Below, piece by piece: positions 48,793 to 63,129 of a DNA stretch of 64,000 nt. Below the pieces are notes generated by a model, which saw only the letters and a list, made by a program, of their open reading frames with translations, had not been told where the DNA came from and did not search any database. Position numbers and translations under genes: made by a program. The stretch's first letter is position 1, and every line of letters begins with the position of its first letter. The stretch comes from Thalia democratica (Eukaryota): contig OZ241826.1 in assembly GCA_965202585.1 (NCBI GenBank), forward strand, positions 65,100,001 through 65,164,000, written 5' to 3'.

Positions 48793-51700
48793 CTAACTGT
48801 CCATATCAAAACTGTCAGAAGCTAATTGTCCAAAAACATCGTCTTCGTTTGGCATTGCCTTTCGTACTTGTTGCTGAAACATTTTTAAGTCTTAGAGAAT
48901 AAATTAAGACTTGTTTTCTCAACTTTTAAAGTTTAAAAACATTTCTGTATAAACTTGTGTTAAGAGAATCTAGCATTGAAATTCATAACATATTTAAACC
49001 ATATATATTTGGACAAAATTGAGTACTCTAAATAGCACAAAGTGTTTTCAGCTCGTTTTCAAGTACAAAGATACCTGTGGTGAGTTTCCTAGAACATTTA
49101 AAAATTCATTTGGAGAGTCTTCTGCCCTGGATATTTCAAAGAAAAAAGGCTCGTCGTTGGAAAACGTATCGTTATCGTCTGAGAAGTAGCTGTAAAAAAG
49201 TTGAGATAAATGAAATGCTTTCGAACGTGTTAAATAAAAGTTTAATCTTAGTACAAAAAATGCAAACTGCACTATAAATGTGCACAAGCACCTATATAAC
49301 TAAACACGCATCAAGTCAATGCAGTCAACACTAATATACAGAAAAACTAAATTTACTTTATGCTTAATTTTAGCTCCTTACAAATAACAGACAAAACTTT
49401 GAAGTCTAAAATATGGTATGCTTTTAAGCGTAATTCAAATACGAGACAGGTCCAATAAAAATATAAAAGTACCCGCTGGAGTTTTCAGTTCTTGGACAAA
49501 CAGAACACCCGATTGGTGAGCGACCGGGCCCGCGTGGGAAAGGTTCTTTCTCAGCCGGCGACTTCAAGTATGTTCTGGTGGCGCCCGCGTGGCACTCATT
49601 TCTCTCGCGCTGCCAAATGTAGTGATCTGCATCAATCATCATCACCTAATTGTTTGTTTACTAATGTTGAAAGAAAAACTTGAAATTTATAAATAAATGC
49701 TTTGTACGTACTATGCAAATAAACAAACTGTAGAGAATTGTTTCCTTACTGGGCTGTTTATGCTTTAGTATATCATTCAAAAGAATTATTAGTTTTTGTT
49801 TTTTAGAGTAGGAAATAAGCTGGTAATTTTTTTTCTTATATCATTTATAATCTAAAATCTCAATAAGATACAGTAAAACTTATTTTCAAACCTCTTCACA
49901 GCACTTTCTACTGACTGCTCCGCGGAAATTCATTTTTCCAAATAGAGCAACTCGTTTAACGAGAAATTCTTTAAAATTATCCTTCCACGAACTACCAAGA
50001 GCCCAGGGAAATATCTCGTACTTATAATCTTCCTCATCCTCTTCATTGTCATTAGCAAGGTACCTATTGAAAAATAATTTGAAAATTGTATAGAAGCTTG
50101 ACTGTGATATATGTCAATATATTTACTATTTTTGTAATTTGCTATAAACTTCTAATTAACAGAAAACAGATTGAGCACTACTTGTAAAAACTATAAAAAT
50201 TTAAGTAAATCAGAAATTTACAGTATTTTTCATAATGTAAGTAATGAATAAAAACGCTTGATAATTTAGTTCCGATATCACGTTAAGAATTTAAATTATT
50301 TTTTTTAAGAGGATAAGCTTTGTGAACATAACTTGAAATTTTTTAATTAAAAATTTTTAGGAAATGCTACTCTAACATTTATTTTAAAAATTATATTAAT
50401 GACTTCCTATCAATTATAAAATACTTTTTTAAACTAGAATAAAGAAAATTGTTATACCATTATAATTTTTTTTTACGAATTTTCTTTTTTATAAATATAT
50501 TACTGCATTTTATAACCTTATTAGTTTATTAATCGGGCATTCTGGTAAATTCCTTTTTTTTTTAATTACAGTTTTTTTTAAAGATATGGCACCTTAAAAT
50601 TTGTTACAAGAATTTGAATTGTTGAAAATTGAATCATCATGTAATCAGTTGTCAAATTTTTTTTTTTAACATCTCAAAACTTTTAAACCCATACCTCTTT
50701 TATTAAAGTGTTTTAATTATTCTTTAACTACGACTGAACTGCGGGTTACATTCTTAAAAAATTATCAACTGTTATATACAAGAATTTCTAACGAGCAAGT
50801 TAACTGAAAATTTCAAAACTTAAGTTTTAAGCTAAAGTTATCATAATGGAAAATAAAAACAATCACGGAGATAAGAATATATAGTCCTTTTATTTTCAGA
50901 AACTGAAAAATAACTTTCTAAAAAATTTCATAATATAATAGTATCATTATTACTTGTATTAATTATACTATATAGATTTGATTTTTTAAGTCAAATCGAA
51001 ATTTTCATGTAAAAATTATTTAAAATTCCTGTTTCTTTCTAGCCTAAAACTTCAAATTCTAGGTTTTTTGGCAACCCTATTAAATTTAATGCTCTTATGA
51101 AGAGCTATTGAACTTTCTGAATGTAAAATTTGACTAACTTGATTTTTTTCAATGGTAAATATCAACTGCTGGAAAAACAAAATATTTCTAAATATGTGCA
51201 TTAACTCACCCTATGGGTCCAAGTACATTTATAAAATGATAAACAGAAGATTTCAAAATTAATAACTATACTATATAAGTAAAACATCATGCTTGGGCGC
51301 TCTATATATTATGAGTAGTTTTAAGGATAAGTGTGGAATTTCGATAAAGTAATTATTTATTTTTTATAAAAAGAAATGTTTGCTGGAAATAAATTATCAA
51401 CTGTTTGTCTACACTATAAATCTATTTATTTATAATTACTATTCAACTGTTATTTATTGTATTATTAGTATTATGGTTTTTTTGAATAATTACTTTTATA
51501 TACAAATTAAAAACTTTATATATAAAAAAAACAAAAAAAAACAAGAACAACAACAACAATATTTTTTACTGATTATAAGACCTAAGCATTTAAAATTAAT
51601 GTTCGAAAATATTTAACATCATTGTGGCAAATATATGTTATGCAAACAAGAAAGAGAAAGTCGGTCTGTGTAAAAATACAGGTTTTATAAAAATTCAAAA

Positions 51701-54700
51701 AACAGTTTAATTAAATTGTAAAAACTTCAGAATTTATGTAGCAAAGTGTATTGAGTGTGATAAATATTATGTTAGACAGACAATTACGTCCTTTTCACAA
51801 AAGTGGTGCTATCACAGCATAGTTAGAAAAACATAATCACCAGTGAAGCAAATAATTGAGTTTTACTTATGCTATACTACGCCAATAAACATCTATCAAC
51901 AAGCAAAATTTCGAGTAATCATACTCAACCACTTTTATATATTCAACAAAAAATCATACGGACATGGACTACAGTGCTTGTTCACTTATCCGGACAGTTT
52001 CAGCAGAAAAGAAAATTCAAAAAAAAAATTAAACACAAGTACTTGTGTGTGATACAAATATTTAGGCTTTCATGCAGTAAAAAAAACTTTGAGTTATTTT
52101 ATAAATTCTGCAATTTAGTTCAATACTATGATATAATAACACTACTAAAGCTAACATTCAAACTTTGTTCAAAACTAGTTTAAATTATCAAAAATCTTTC
52201 TATGTAAAAGTAAAATAAGTTAGTTTACAAATTTTATTTTTACTAAGTTATTTAAATTACGACTTAAAGTTTTTTATTTAAACTCTTAAAGTTTTTTTTG
52301 ACCGTTGATTAAATTCTAAGTTTTTTTAGAAAACGAACTTATAACAGTTCTTTTATGTTTGATTTTTATTTTAAACTATATTATAAAATATGTTAATTTT
52401 TGAATTCAATTAATTTTTTGTTTAAGTGCATGATTTTTTTTTTGCTTTTATTTATAAGTTATATAAGTTTGACACACTCAACATACCAGGTTTTAGAAAT
52501 GGACAAGACATCAAAAAAAATAAAGAAAACGAGTTGCACTAACGATTGACGAAAAACTAGAAGTTTTTAAATGGTTAAAAAATAATAGTGCCAAAGTCTT
52601 TTATAATGGAGCAGTTTAGCATAGGCAGGTCATATTTGTACGACATAAAAAGTAAAGAAATTTTTTAAAAGCTTAAAGCAGAAAAAAAGAGATGAACTTT
52701 TATTATTCATTATGCATTGCATAATATACAGTAGTTGGGTAGGTGTCAAATTTGCGCAAGCGGACAAAATTGTACGAGGAGACTAAGTTGCATGAAGATA
52801 CTTTTGCACGAGCAGACAAAATTGCACAAAGACACTCTTGCACGAAGACACTTTTGCACAAGGGGATATTTTTGCACAAGGGGATATTTTTGCACGAGCA
52901 GACAATTTTGCACGGGTTGAATTTTATACTTATTTATTATTTTTTATCTTTTTTATTTAGTTTTTATTTTATTCTACTTTACTATCACTCTTACCCCTAA
53001 ACCTTAACATTGGTTGGTAACTTATTTTTTTTTAACTATTTAATTTCTTTTTTATTCTTTAGTATTTATTTTTTTTTACTATCACTGTTACCCCTAAACC
53101 TTACCATCGGTTGGTAACTTATATATTTTTTTTTAATTAATTAATTTCTTTTTATTTTTTATTATTTGTTTTTTCTTACTACCACTGTTACTCTAACCCT
53201 TACCCTCGGTCGGTAGTTTTTTTTTTCTTATTTATTAATTCATTTTTTTTGTCTTTTTTTAATAATAACTTTTATTAGTTAGTTTTTTTTTACTATCACT
53301 CTTACCCCTATCCCTTACCCTTGGTCCAGTTACTTTTTATTTCTTTTTGTTTTTTTATTGATTTATCTTAAAGTTTTTTTTTTTTTTTTTTTTTACTCTT
53401 GTGCAAAAATGACCCTCCGTGCAAAATTGTATTCGTGCAATTTTGTCTCTTGTGCAAATTTGTCTATGTGCAAAAGTATCTTCGTGCGAAATTGACCCTT
53501 TGTGCAATTTTGACCCGTTCCCAAAGCAGTTATATTATTTTAAGAATTAATGATTTTTTGTACTTATCCGTACATGTTTACAGAAAAATCTTGCCTAGCA
53601 TAACCGGATAAGTGAATAAGCAACGTATTTAGAAAGCAAATGGATAAATTGGTTCCAAATAAATTATGCAAAAATATTAAAAAAACAATATACTACTTTT
53701 TATCAATAATAACATCAGCATTATATCAAAAAAATTATAAGACATTCAACAAATATAATTTATAGAAAATTGACTTTTTTTAAATGTTTTAACCTTATTT
53801 CATAACAAGACAAAGTAAATGTAAAAGGTCAATACTTATCAAGTTGTTAAACAACGATTAACAATAAATAAGCTTGAATAAAATTAGTGTTTAGAGATTT
53901 GAGAAACGATTTTGTTTTCAATTAAAGCTTAACATACTTAATTTCAAACAAACTCACTTACAGGGCAACAAAAAAGTTTTCTACAGTGTAATCTTTAATT
54001 GGAAGAGAAGCTCGCTTAAAGTAAGTCAACACCATTGCCAACAAGTACTTGTCTGAAACTCTGTAACAACAATCTAGTAGAAGAAACTCTGATATCACTT
54101 TTTCATCTGTTTTTATGAAAAGCTAACTAAAGCTTTAGTAATAGAATTATAGTTTGTTTAAAAACAAATATTTAGAGATATTTTTAATCAAACTTTTCGG
54201 TTTAAACAAAAATAAACTAGTATCTGTTGAGATGCTAACAATACATACTTACTGACTTTAAAATTGCCTGTTAATCTTACAAAAACATTTTTTTTAAATT
54301 TAAGAGTGTTTTCATCTTTTATTAATAAATTATTATAGAATTACTTTATATAAATCATAAATTCTATCTGAGTTCACATACATGCAAAATAACAATAAAC
54401 CCTTTTTGCTTCAAACACTATATTTATAATTGATATTTTTTATCAAAAACTACACTAACATTATATTATAAACAAAAAATATTTGAATAAAAAATTATAG
54501 TAAATTATAAGTTAAGACAAAAATATATTTTCCATTGCATAATTTTTTTTCATGTGATAACAAATAGTTCTTACTATATAAAAATGTAGTGATAATGAGT
54601 TTTCATGTTATTAACTTTTTTCTTACCTTTTAGCCATAACCTATCTTGTAGGGGTGGGCAACTTTTCATGTTAGTTGGTCAGATTTATCAAGAAAAATGC

Positions 54701-57700
54701 TTTTGCAAGCCCGACTTATTACAAAACTTTTTTAGCGTACCACGTTCTTTAAAAGTACAGTACCAAAACTTAAAAACATATATATAAAGCAATATTTTAA
54801 TGAAATAGTTATTTAATAAACACTATTGTAAAATAAAAATCTAACTAAGAGAACATTTCAAAGTATTTGGTTTTAAAAGTTTTTATTTCATTTGATATTT
54901 TTAAGTTAAAAACACGTTACGAGCCAAAGAGTTTTGTTATCAAGCTGGATTTAGCCCTCAGGCCGTACGTTACCTAATGCCCACCCCTAATATAATAAAC
55001 TAATCCAAAGAAGCTACCAGGCTACACATGAGGTTAGCAAAGCAAAACAAATTAATTATTCATTATTTCTGTTTGACTTAATTATGTTATTTTAAGACCT
55101 TTAACAATCAAAATAAAAATATAGAATTTGACATATAACTATAAAAAATAACACTTGAAATATCTTAATATAATGTCATAAAAATAAAGTTATAATCTTA
55201 GTAAGAACATTTCTTTTTTCTATAGTCATACATAACTTATATGTTAGCTATATTTGCAACATACACACATACCTAAGTTTCCAAATACAATAAATTATCT
55301 TACCAAACAGGCTTAGGAAAGCAAGTGCTTCTTCTTGAGTGATATGAAATTGACTTATTATTACTTTCATCTTTTTTCTTGAAGGAGCTTGACATAATCG
55401 CAGCTTTTCCTCTCTATTAAAATATAGTTTTACAAGTTACAAATGTTTGAAAGTTTTAAGAAAAAATTAAATCTAGTTATTGTTGTAAAACTCTTAGTTT
55501 TTGTTAGATTTCTTATTTATATTTGATAAGTTTAAACTTTTACCAACAAGGTGTAACTTTTTTGAATACATGACATGGTAAAACATCTTATTACAAAACC
55601 AACGGAAATCAAATTACTAAAATGTATAAACTTGTTTTAAGCAAAAAAACTAATATTAGATTTATTATTACTTACCTATCAATATTAGTGTTGCAAGAAA
55701 AAAAAGTAAAAATAAATACTTGAATGATTTTTTACTGATTAGACTAATTTGTTGCTAGGAGTTTCTATTTACTAAATAATAAACATTTTGCTTAAACTTC
55801 ACCAGGTTTGGTTTAGTTAAAATATTCTAATTAGAACTAGTAATTTTCGTAAAGAATATTTTTATTAGTTCAACAATAAAACAATAAAAAATAATTTAAG
55901 TACATCTATATATAATAAAATCAAGTATCTGTAACAAGTAGTTTGCTTAAAATTTTATTTAAGTAGCAGCTTAAAACATAAAAATCTTTAAAAGAACACT
56001 AATAAGCTCTATTATTGTTTTAGCAAAAATCTAATTTTAATACATAAAATTGAATCTTGTCAGTAGATAAATAAGGTAATATTTTGCTAGGTAATATTTT
56101 TTTCTAAGAAAGTAAGTCAAATTTTTTTGAAGTTTTTTTTAATAGTGAGTCTGAGCCATCTACTTTCAATTTAGTTTTAACTTAACTTAATAACTCAGAA
56201 AATGTTAAACATTTAATAATACTTGTTAGACAACAGTTAAACACCAGACGACAGTCACCTTTTGTGAATCTAAGCACTCTTGTTTAGTTACACATTTTAG
56301 AATTCTCACAAAATACAAAAAAAAAATTAAAAATACAGCAGGATATAAATTTTTAATCAAATTGAAAATGTTGCGTTTTTATTTTGTGCTTTCCATAAGG
56401 AGCCTATTGAACTCTATGGGTTTGATCTTTAAGTTGTAGGTATTTTAGTCCCCTTTCATACATTAAAATCAAACAAGGTGTTTTATTCAATTCCTTACAA
56501 TATTTAAAGCATTAAGTTTTATTTCAACTCAATAAATCTATAATTTTTAGCTAATTTTTTTCCTTGCCCACCTGAGATTAAACTTTTCTTGCATAGTAAT
56601 AGAGAAGGATCAAGTCACCTATATAACAGGTCTTAGGTGGGCAAGGAACAAAGTAGAAAAAAATACTTGTATACACATAAACAATTTAATTTGATAAAGT
56701 TTTCACATATATGTACAATTTGATTGAAAACTAATTTGCAAACAAAAAAAGTGAAAATGTTTGGAAGCTGCATAAGCATACTGTATATATATATTTGCTA
56801 CTATTAACGGGTGAAACATAAACGTTTAGTTATGTTCTCCCATTTAGATAGCATTTTTTTTTTGTAGACACAATGTGCTTAGATTCCCAAAAAGTAACTA
56901 TAAACTATTTTCTAAGAAAGAAAAATTAAATGACATATAAGAATAAAATTTCAAATTAACATTATTATCTGCTACAAGTGAGACTACTAATTGAAACTAA
57001 TTGCTACAAGTGGGCTTTATTAGTGTATTCTTTGGCTCCAAATTTGTAAGTATCTGTACATATCATTGCTTAATAAACTGAGTATGAAAATTAATTAAAA
57101 AATACAAAGTTTAATTATAATATAAGAGTATCATAAACAATATACATCAAACAACATGTGAGCAAAGTGTTATTTGTTTATGTGAAAAAGTTTGTACAAG
57201 ATGACAAATATATAGTAATAGCTTATATTTTGGAGCCTAAAAAATGAAGACTAAAGGAGGACACCAATTAAAGGTACCAATGTGTATCAATAATGAAAAA
57301 CATGAACACTAACAGGTTTAGTTATTTAAAATAGGTTGAAAAAAGCCCTTAACTTATTACTGTACACCCCACTCAATTTTAAAAAAACAATGGTATCAAA
57401 AACAATTAAAATTAAAAATAATGCTTATTTTCAAAAATACTTATAAATAAAAATGATAGCTTACATAGTAGACTTGTAAAGTCAACATAACATTTTTATA
57501 TAAATTATGAAAAATTTTAAGAAAAAATTCACACAAAAAATATAATTATTAAAAAAATAAACTAAGATAAAAATTTTATGGCATAAAATACTACTTGACT
57601 TTAAAATTAGCTGACCTTTAAAAACAAAAAGTGTAAACACACAGTACTACAAAAGGATAAATTAAAAATCTACAACTTATATTGTTTAATTACACATTAA

Positions 57701-57877
57701 AAAGGAAAACCAAATAAACATTAAATTCTATAAAATTTTAGTGGAACAATCTTTTTTCGATTACATATTTTTGCAAAAGGTTGAAATTAACACAAACCTT
57801 AGTCTTTTTGTTCGCGTTGGAGATATCTTCAAATATAATTTCGTCACAGTTTTTGTTGACTTCATTGTGGTGTTCAT
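48793..57877 (-). CDS. SPDYA: Speedy/RINGO A, non-cyclin CDK activator, 291 aa
   Basis: Exons 57877-57798, 55413-55304, 54106-53962, 50063-49892, 49645-49473, 49189-49075, 48873-48793 sum to 876 nt in frame. Speedy box: [22 protein letters not shown]...[28 protein letters not shown]...[10 protein letters not shown]...HYIWQRER...PRGPG. Confidence 0.95.
48985..49045 (+). repeat. 61-bp dispersed duplication, copy 2
   Basis: Matches 30719-30779 with one mismatch. Confidence 0.85.
51972..53625 (+). mobile_element. Decayed pogo/Tigger element hosting a nested R2 MITE
   Basis: 22-bp TIRs (19/22) CAGTGCTTGTTCACTTATCCGG / CCGGATAAGTGAATAAGCAACG flanked by TA; frameshifted CENP-B-like HTH remnant [17 protein letters not shown]...[19 protein letters not shown] at ~52499-52655. 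Confidence 0.8.
52737..53522. mobile_element. Foldback MITE family R2 copy B (4 telomere-like cores)
   Basis: GGG...CCC ends, gcacga/gcacaa subrepeat arms, cores at 52981, 53078, 53178, 53292. Confidence 0.85.
54649..54989. mobile_element. hAT-type MITE
   Basis: Perfect 12-bp TIR TAGGGGTGGGCA/TGCCCACCCCTA; TSD not recognisable. Confidence 0.7.
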
Positions 57878-58120
57878 ACTTTATTTATGTAGGCTTTAAC
57901 TATTAAATTAGTTTTAGTTATCTTAGTTATGTACACAAACAAAAAACGGAAGACTTATGGTTGCTTTAGGTACTTTTGGTTGACTAGGATTGATCCCAAG
58001 GCTAAAAGTAAAATATTCTTATAGAAACTTAGCTAAATATCAACAAACGGGAATATACAATTTATAATAAGTTTAATAGTCTACTACTACATTACAAGAT
58101 GAAACAGCATAAAGTATAAA

Positions 58121-58250
58121 TTTGTCCTGGACAAGAAATTAAAAGGTATTCGTGGTGTGCGACTCAATAACCGAAAGGTTTTTTCGTGCACTAGGTCCTA
58201 GGACCAAATATTTTGAGCGTTTTTTTTTTTTGTTATTCAATAAACAATAT
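58121..58250 (+). repeat. R1 repeat copy 5
   Basis: Direct similarity to 2901-3030. Confidence 0.85.
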
Positions 58251-60199
58251 ATAAACTAACTTAAAATCAACAGCCTTTTATGATAAACAATTCAGAATTA
58301 CTTAAAAAAACTCTTCAATGGCCACACTAAATGGAAAAAGTATTTAGAAATTGTTTTAATAAACAAAAATAAATGTATAAATAAATAAAAATTCAAGTAG
58401 GCAGCAAAATTTAAAATTTAGTCAAATAGCACGTCACCGACTAAAAAGCTTTTTATAACCTTAACGGATCACATCTGGCCGCCGCAGTCTACTAATCTTC
58501 GGCTAAGCTAATAAAACAAATAAAACAAAATTATCATCAGATCGAAATATAGAATTTGCCTAATAAACAATAAAGTATACACTAAATATTTTTGTTTTCA
58601 GCTAATTAGTAAATTGTTATTAATAAAGTTTAACAATTATACGTATGTTTTGTAGTCCATAACGTTTGTGACAAAGTTAAAGTTCCTAGATAACTTAAAT
58701 TTTTGTTTAAACATGTATACTATCTTATTTTAATAGTAATATATTTTCTAGTAATAAAACTTGTAATATTAGTTTTTTGTCTATTTTTATAAAGTATTAA
58801 AAATATCAGCGAAATTCTACTAGAGGTATAGCCTGGACTGGCTTACATGTGCGTTAAGTCGAGCTTAAATTAGCATAAAGGTAATTAGACCAGGCTGACG
58901 TGACTGGATAAACTTTTTCGTACATTTTTAAACCAAACTTTTTTTTGTCGTTCAACAAATAGTGTTAGAAAAAACTTCTTATTTAAACTCCATATGTTTG
59001 TATAATGACATCTGCATGTTTTTTTTTTTTGTTGCGACTGACTTACAAGTTTAAATAAAAACGAGCCCGGGTGTCAGTCTACCAAAAGCTTGGGGTCTGA
59101 TAATCCAAGTGATCAAATAAAACATATTTGTTAAACTGGGTCTTTATTATACTAAACCGTGCCTTATAAGTTTCTTGTAATAAATGAAAATACTTTTATA
59201 AATTAATTTAAAATAACTTAAATAAACTGAAAAAAGGTTATTGAGTTTAGCTGTGTATCTTTAACTTTAATACTAAAATTCTTTTATTATTCAAGCCCAG
59301 AAACTCTACATATCAGAAAGACATGTGTTGCTTACAGTTTTTAATTAATTAAACTTCATAATTACTTGTTTAGTTAAAACTTACTGTTGCAGTGTTTCTG
59401 TATCACTTTATTTATTAAACAAAAATGATCAAAAAAATAATTTGCATATTTTTGATGCTAAAATTACGTATTAATTAGGTTTTAAATATTTTTTATTGTT
59501 TATTAAACGACAAAAAAGAAATCAAAACAGATTTTGTAGAAAACACTTGGTGTACAAAAACACCTTTCGTTTATCAAGTTGTACACTACATGGGTACTGT
59601 TTAACGTCATTTTCCAGGACTGCTTTATAGATATAACATTAAAATTTGTTTCCTTTTAGAACGTAGATTTCTTTTTAAAACATTTTAGTTTTAATGTACT
59701 TGATGTTTTGTTTTTAAAGCATTGCCTATTATTTAGAAAGTTATTATGCTGCTTTTTAAAAAAGAAAGTAGAAATAAAAAAAAAAACTATACATACGATA
59801 TTTTTCAATAAAAAGATTTAAAAATTATTTTTGATAAAAACAATAATTTAAAATGTGTTAAAACATGTTTCTTTTTCCTTTTTTTTCTATACTGTCTATA
59901 TATCCTATCTTTTTAGTAACCAATTTAAAAATAAAACAATTAAATATCTGAGTTATAATTGTTAGTACTATTATGTTCTTTGCTTTATTGTAATATCGAC
60001 GGGAGTATTATAATTTAGTTTTAAACTTTAATTTAAATTATTTGACATATTTTAAAAGTTATAAACTAAATAAAATAATTTTTATATAACAGAGCATTTA
60101 TGTACAAAAAGTGATTATTTATTTTAGGTAAACTTGCTATTAAGTTAAGTTTCAAAATTTTCAGTTGCATAACTTTTTTAATTTTAATAATTTTAAGTG

Positions 60200-60325
60200 A
60201 TTGTCCTAGACGAGACGTAAAAATATAGGTATTCAACTGTACGATTTGATAATCGAAAATACTTTTCGTGTACTAGGTCCTAAGACCAATTATTTTAGCA
60301 ATTTTTTTGTCCTTCAATAAACAAT
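60200..60325 (+). repeat. R1 repeat copy 6 (more diverged)
   Basis: gtcctagacgagac...ttttcgtgtactaggtcctaagacc...ttcaataaacaat. Confidence 0.7.
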
Positions 60326-62464
60326 AATTAAATCTTAAAAAAACAACCATAAAATCTTTATTAGTTAGACCTATAGGTAACTTTTTAACTTTAAACAGTT
60401 TTAGTTTAAGTGTTACCTTCAAATACTTCTTTAAAGTTTTTAACTTTAAGAGTTTAAATTGACGTAATTTTGCTAATGCACCTATGGAGTGAGACAATCT
60501 TTAGTTTGGCTACTAAGCAGTTAAAATCAATGTTGTTAGGCCTAATTTTCTAAAGTTCTTGATTTATTTTGAATCTATTGATCATGGTTGCGACCGTTAA
60601 CAAATATTCTTTTTATAGATAAAACGTTCTCAAACTTTATGGTTTATAAATTTAAATTAAATAACATAAAACGAGCTAGAATAGAATACTTGATGCAATA
60701 AGCTGACTTAATGGCAGGGCTTCCAGATTTTAATCAGCTAAAATAAACATGTATTTTTAATACATGTATAACGATGTACAAACTTAAACTTTAAGACAGC
60801 TCTGCTCAAGGGTAAAATTCAAAAATTGTAGTTTTGACAAAAGATATATAGCTATGATGAAAAGATAATACTAAATTACATTATTCTCTGTTTGAAAATA
60901 TATTTAGACATAAAATAACTCAATTTAACTCTGTGCATCAGAAGTTATTAGCCAAAAAACTATTGTTTAAATAACTTAAATATCATATAGATAAGTTTTT
61001 CTCTTTAAATGTGTCATAGATATTTGTCATTTTTTATTGATAAACAAAACTAGTAATATCTTATTTTACTCAATAGTGTTAACTTTATTAGTTGTAAACA
61101 AGTTCTGTGAGAATACAAAATTAAATTATACAAACTTGATTAAAAAAAGTTTTAACACTAAATAAGGTTTCAAATTTATTAGTTGTTTTTACAATATTCA
61201 GATCTTAGATACTTCTTAACTTATTTCAATTTATAACTTAAAGGAAAAAAAGACTTGAACCATCTTTATGTTTTTAAAAAGTACATGAAGATTCCAGAAA
61301 TTATATGTAAGCAAAAATGTGATTCATTTTTACCATTTATTATTGATAATCTACTATTTTGTCTTTTTTTCTAAAACAATAGACTGTGACCGTCTAGAAA
61401 AGTTATTATCTTGAAATGAACAATTTGCTAAAACTTACTAAAAATAAAACTGTTTTTTTTTTATATTTACTTTTAATAAGCGCGTTAATCTCTTGAATAT
61501 TTTTTTGTGTCTTTCTCGCGGGTTTTTTTTGTAAATAATTTTGTGTTTTACATTAAAAAAATAAGGCAATAACTTTACTACCTCTGTAGGCATAATGTCG
61601 TTAACACATATAAAGTAATTTAAAACTGTTTTTGATACTGTAAAAATAAATCATTTTCATAGCTGATTTTAGACTGAAACCACTCTCAATGCTAGCTGGG
61701 CCATTTAAAATGTTCATGACTATTAAGTTCTTTTAGGGTATTTATAACAAGATTTTCGAAATTATGCAAACTTTCTTTATCGATATTTTATTACAATGAT
61801 GAGAGAAAAAATAAGTAATTACATGATCATAAAGTTTACTTACTCTTTAATTAATAACAATAACTTACTTTGACATTTCGCAAAAAAAATCCTGAACTAC
61901 TGAAAGTGAAAAACATTTTCAATGCAGTTAAACTAAACTTTTAGTTCATAAGTAAACTTTCTTCAAGAATTAGTTCGATATATTTTTCAAAGTATTTATA
62001 GCTGTGCAAGCATAGTATATCATTGAAAAAACATATGAACACATTTTTAAACTTAGAACTTTGTTTGATAAAAACTAGTGTAATAATATATTTTGCATGA
62101 ATTAAACTAGCGAAAAGTAACATTTAAATTTTATGGAATAAAACGTTATATAATTAAACATCGGAAGTTTTTTGTCTGTTTTAAAAATTTATATGCACAT
62201 TAACAACCACGAATAACAACTTAGTCAACTTTATGTATATTTTCTTCATGTAATAAGTTAGGCTTAACCTGAAATTTAATAATTTAAAAAAACTACTTTA
62301 ATTTTTGAGTAACAAAATATTGCACATGTTTTATATATGATAGGTTTAAAATACATTAAAACTCTGTGCATTTATTTGTTACCGATGTCAAACACTACGT
62401 TTTGCTTAATATGATATTACCGTTCCAGAAAATCTTATAAAAAAGGACGTAACTTAATGAAAAC

Positions 62465-62708
62465 TAGTGATGTACCGGACCCACAATTTCGGGTCCGGCT
62501 GGACCCGGACTTTTTTTTCAAATTAGAATCCGGCCGGAACCGGACTTTTTTTTCAAACTAGAATCCGGCCGGATCCGGACTTTTTTTTCAAATTAGAGTC
62601 CGGCCGGAACCGGACTTTTTTTTCAAATTAGAATCCGGCCGGATCCGGATATCAGACAAAAATGGCAATATCCGGCCGGACCCGGATAGTGAGTGCGGTG
62701 CATTACTA
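62465..62708. mobile_element. TIR element containing four 35-bp tandem repeats
   Basis: Ends TAGTGATGTACCG / CGGTGCATTACTA; 35-bp units start at 62505, 62540, 62575, 62610. Confidence 0.75.
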
Positions 62709-62712
62709 GAAT

Positions 62713-63129
62713 AAACTAGCCTGAGTCAGAATGAGGTTTTTAGAAACTGAAAAAAAAAAGAACTTTAATCTAATAATAAGTAGAACAGCTAGCCCCAAAG
62801 TTTACAAATTTAGGTGTTATTTACAATTAAAAATCTGAAATCAAGTTCTTGAACAAAATACACTAGAAAATTACAAAATATTCAAAACTGGATCAGCTCA
62901 AACTTATTCAAAATCTAAAAGAAAACTAGCCTGAGTTTTTATATAAAACTAAACTAGCCTGAGGCAGTCCAAGATTTTCTAAAATTCCCAAAAATTTTTA
63001 AACTAGTAGGGTTGCCACTGTTTAAGTCAATAAAACTAGCTAGAGTGGGTATAAACAAGCCTGAGTAAGAATGAGGTTTTTAAAAACTGAAAAAATTACT
63101 TTAATCTAATAATCAGTAGAACAGCTAGC
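62713..63129 (+). repeat. ~80-bp direct repeat pair (62713-62793, 63053-63129) plus short AAACTAGCCTGAG echoes
   Basis: agcctgagt(c/a)agaatgaggttttta...actttaatctaataat(a/c)agtagaacagctagc occurs twice, 340 bp apart. Confidence 0.8.

Noticed and set aside
52981-53330. Interstitial telomere or chromosome fusion site
   Set aside because: Only 2-3 imperfect hexamers per core, embedded in a foldback repeat; not a TTAGGG array.
62505-62644. 35-bp repeats as a CRISPR array
   Set aside because: The units are contiguous with no unique spacers, there are no cas genes, and the context is eukaryotic.
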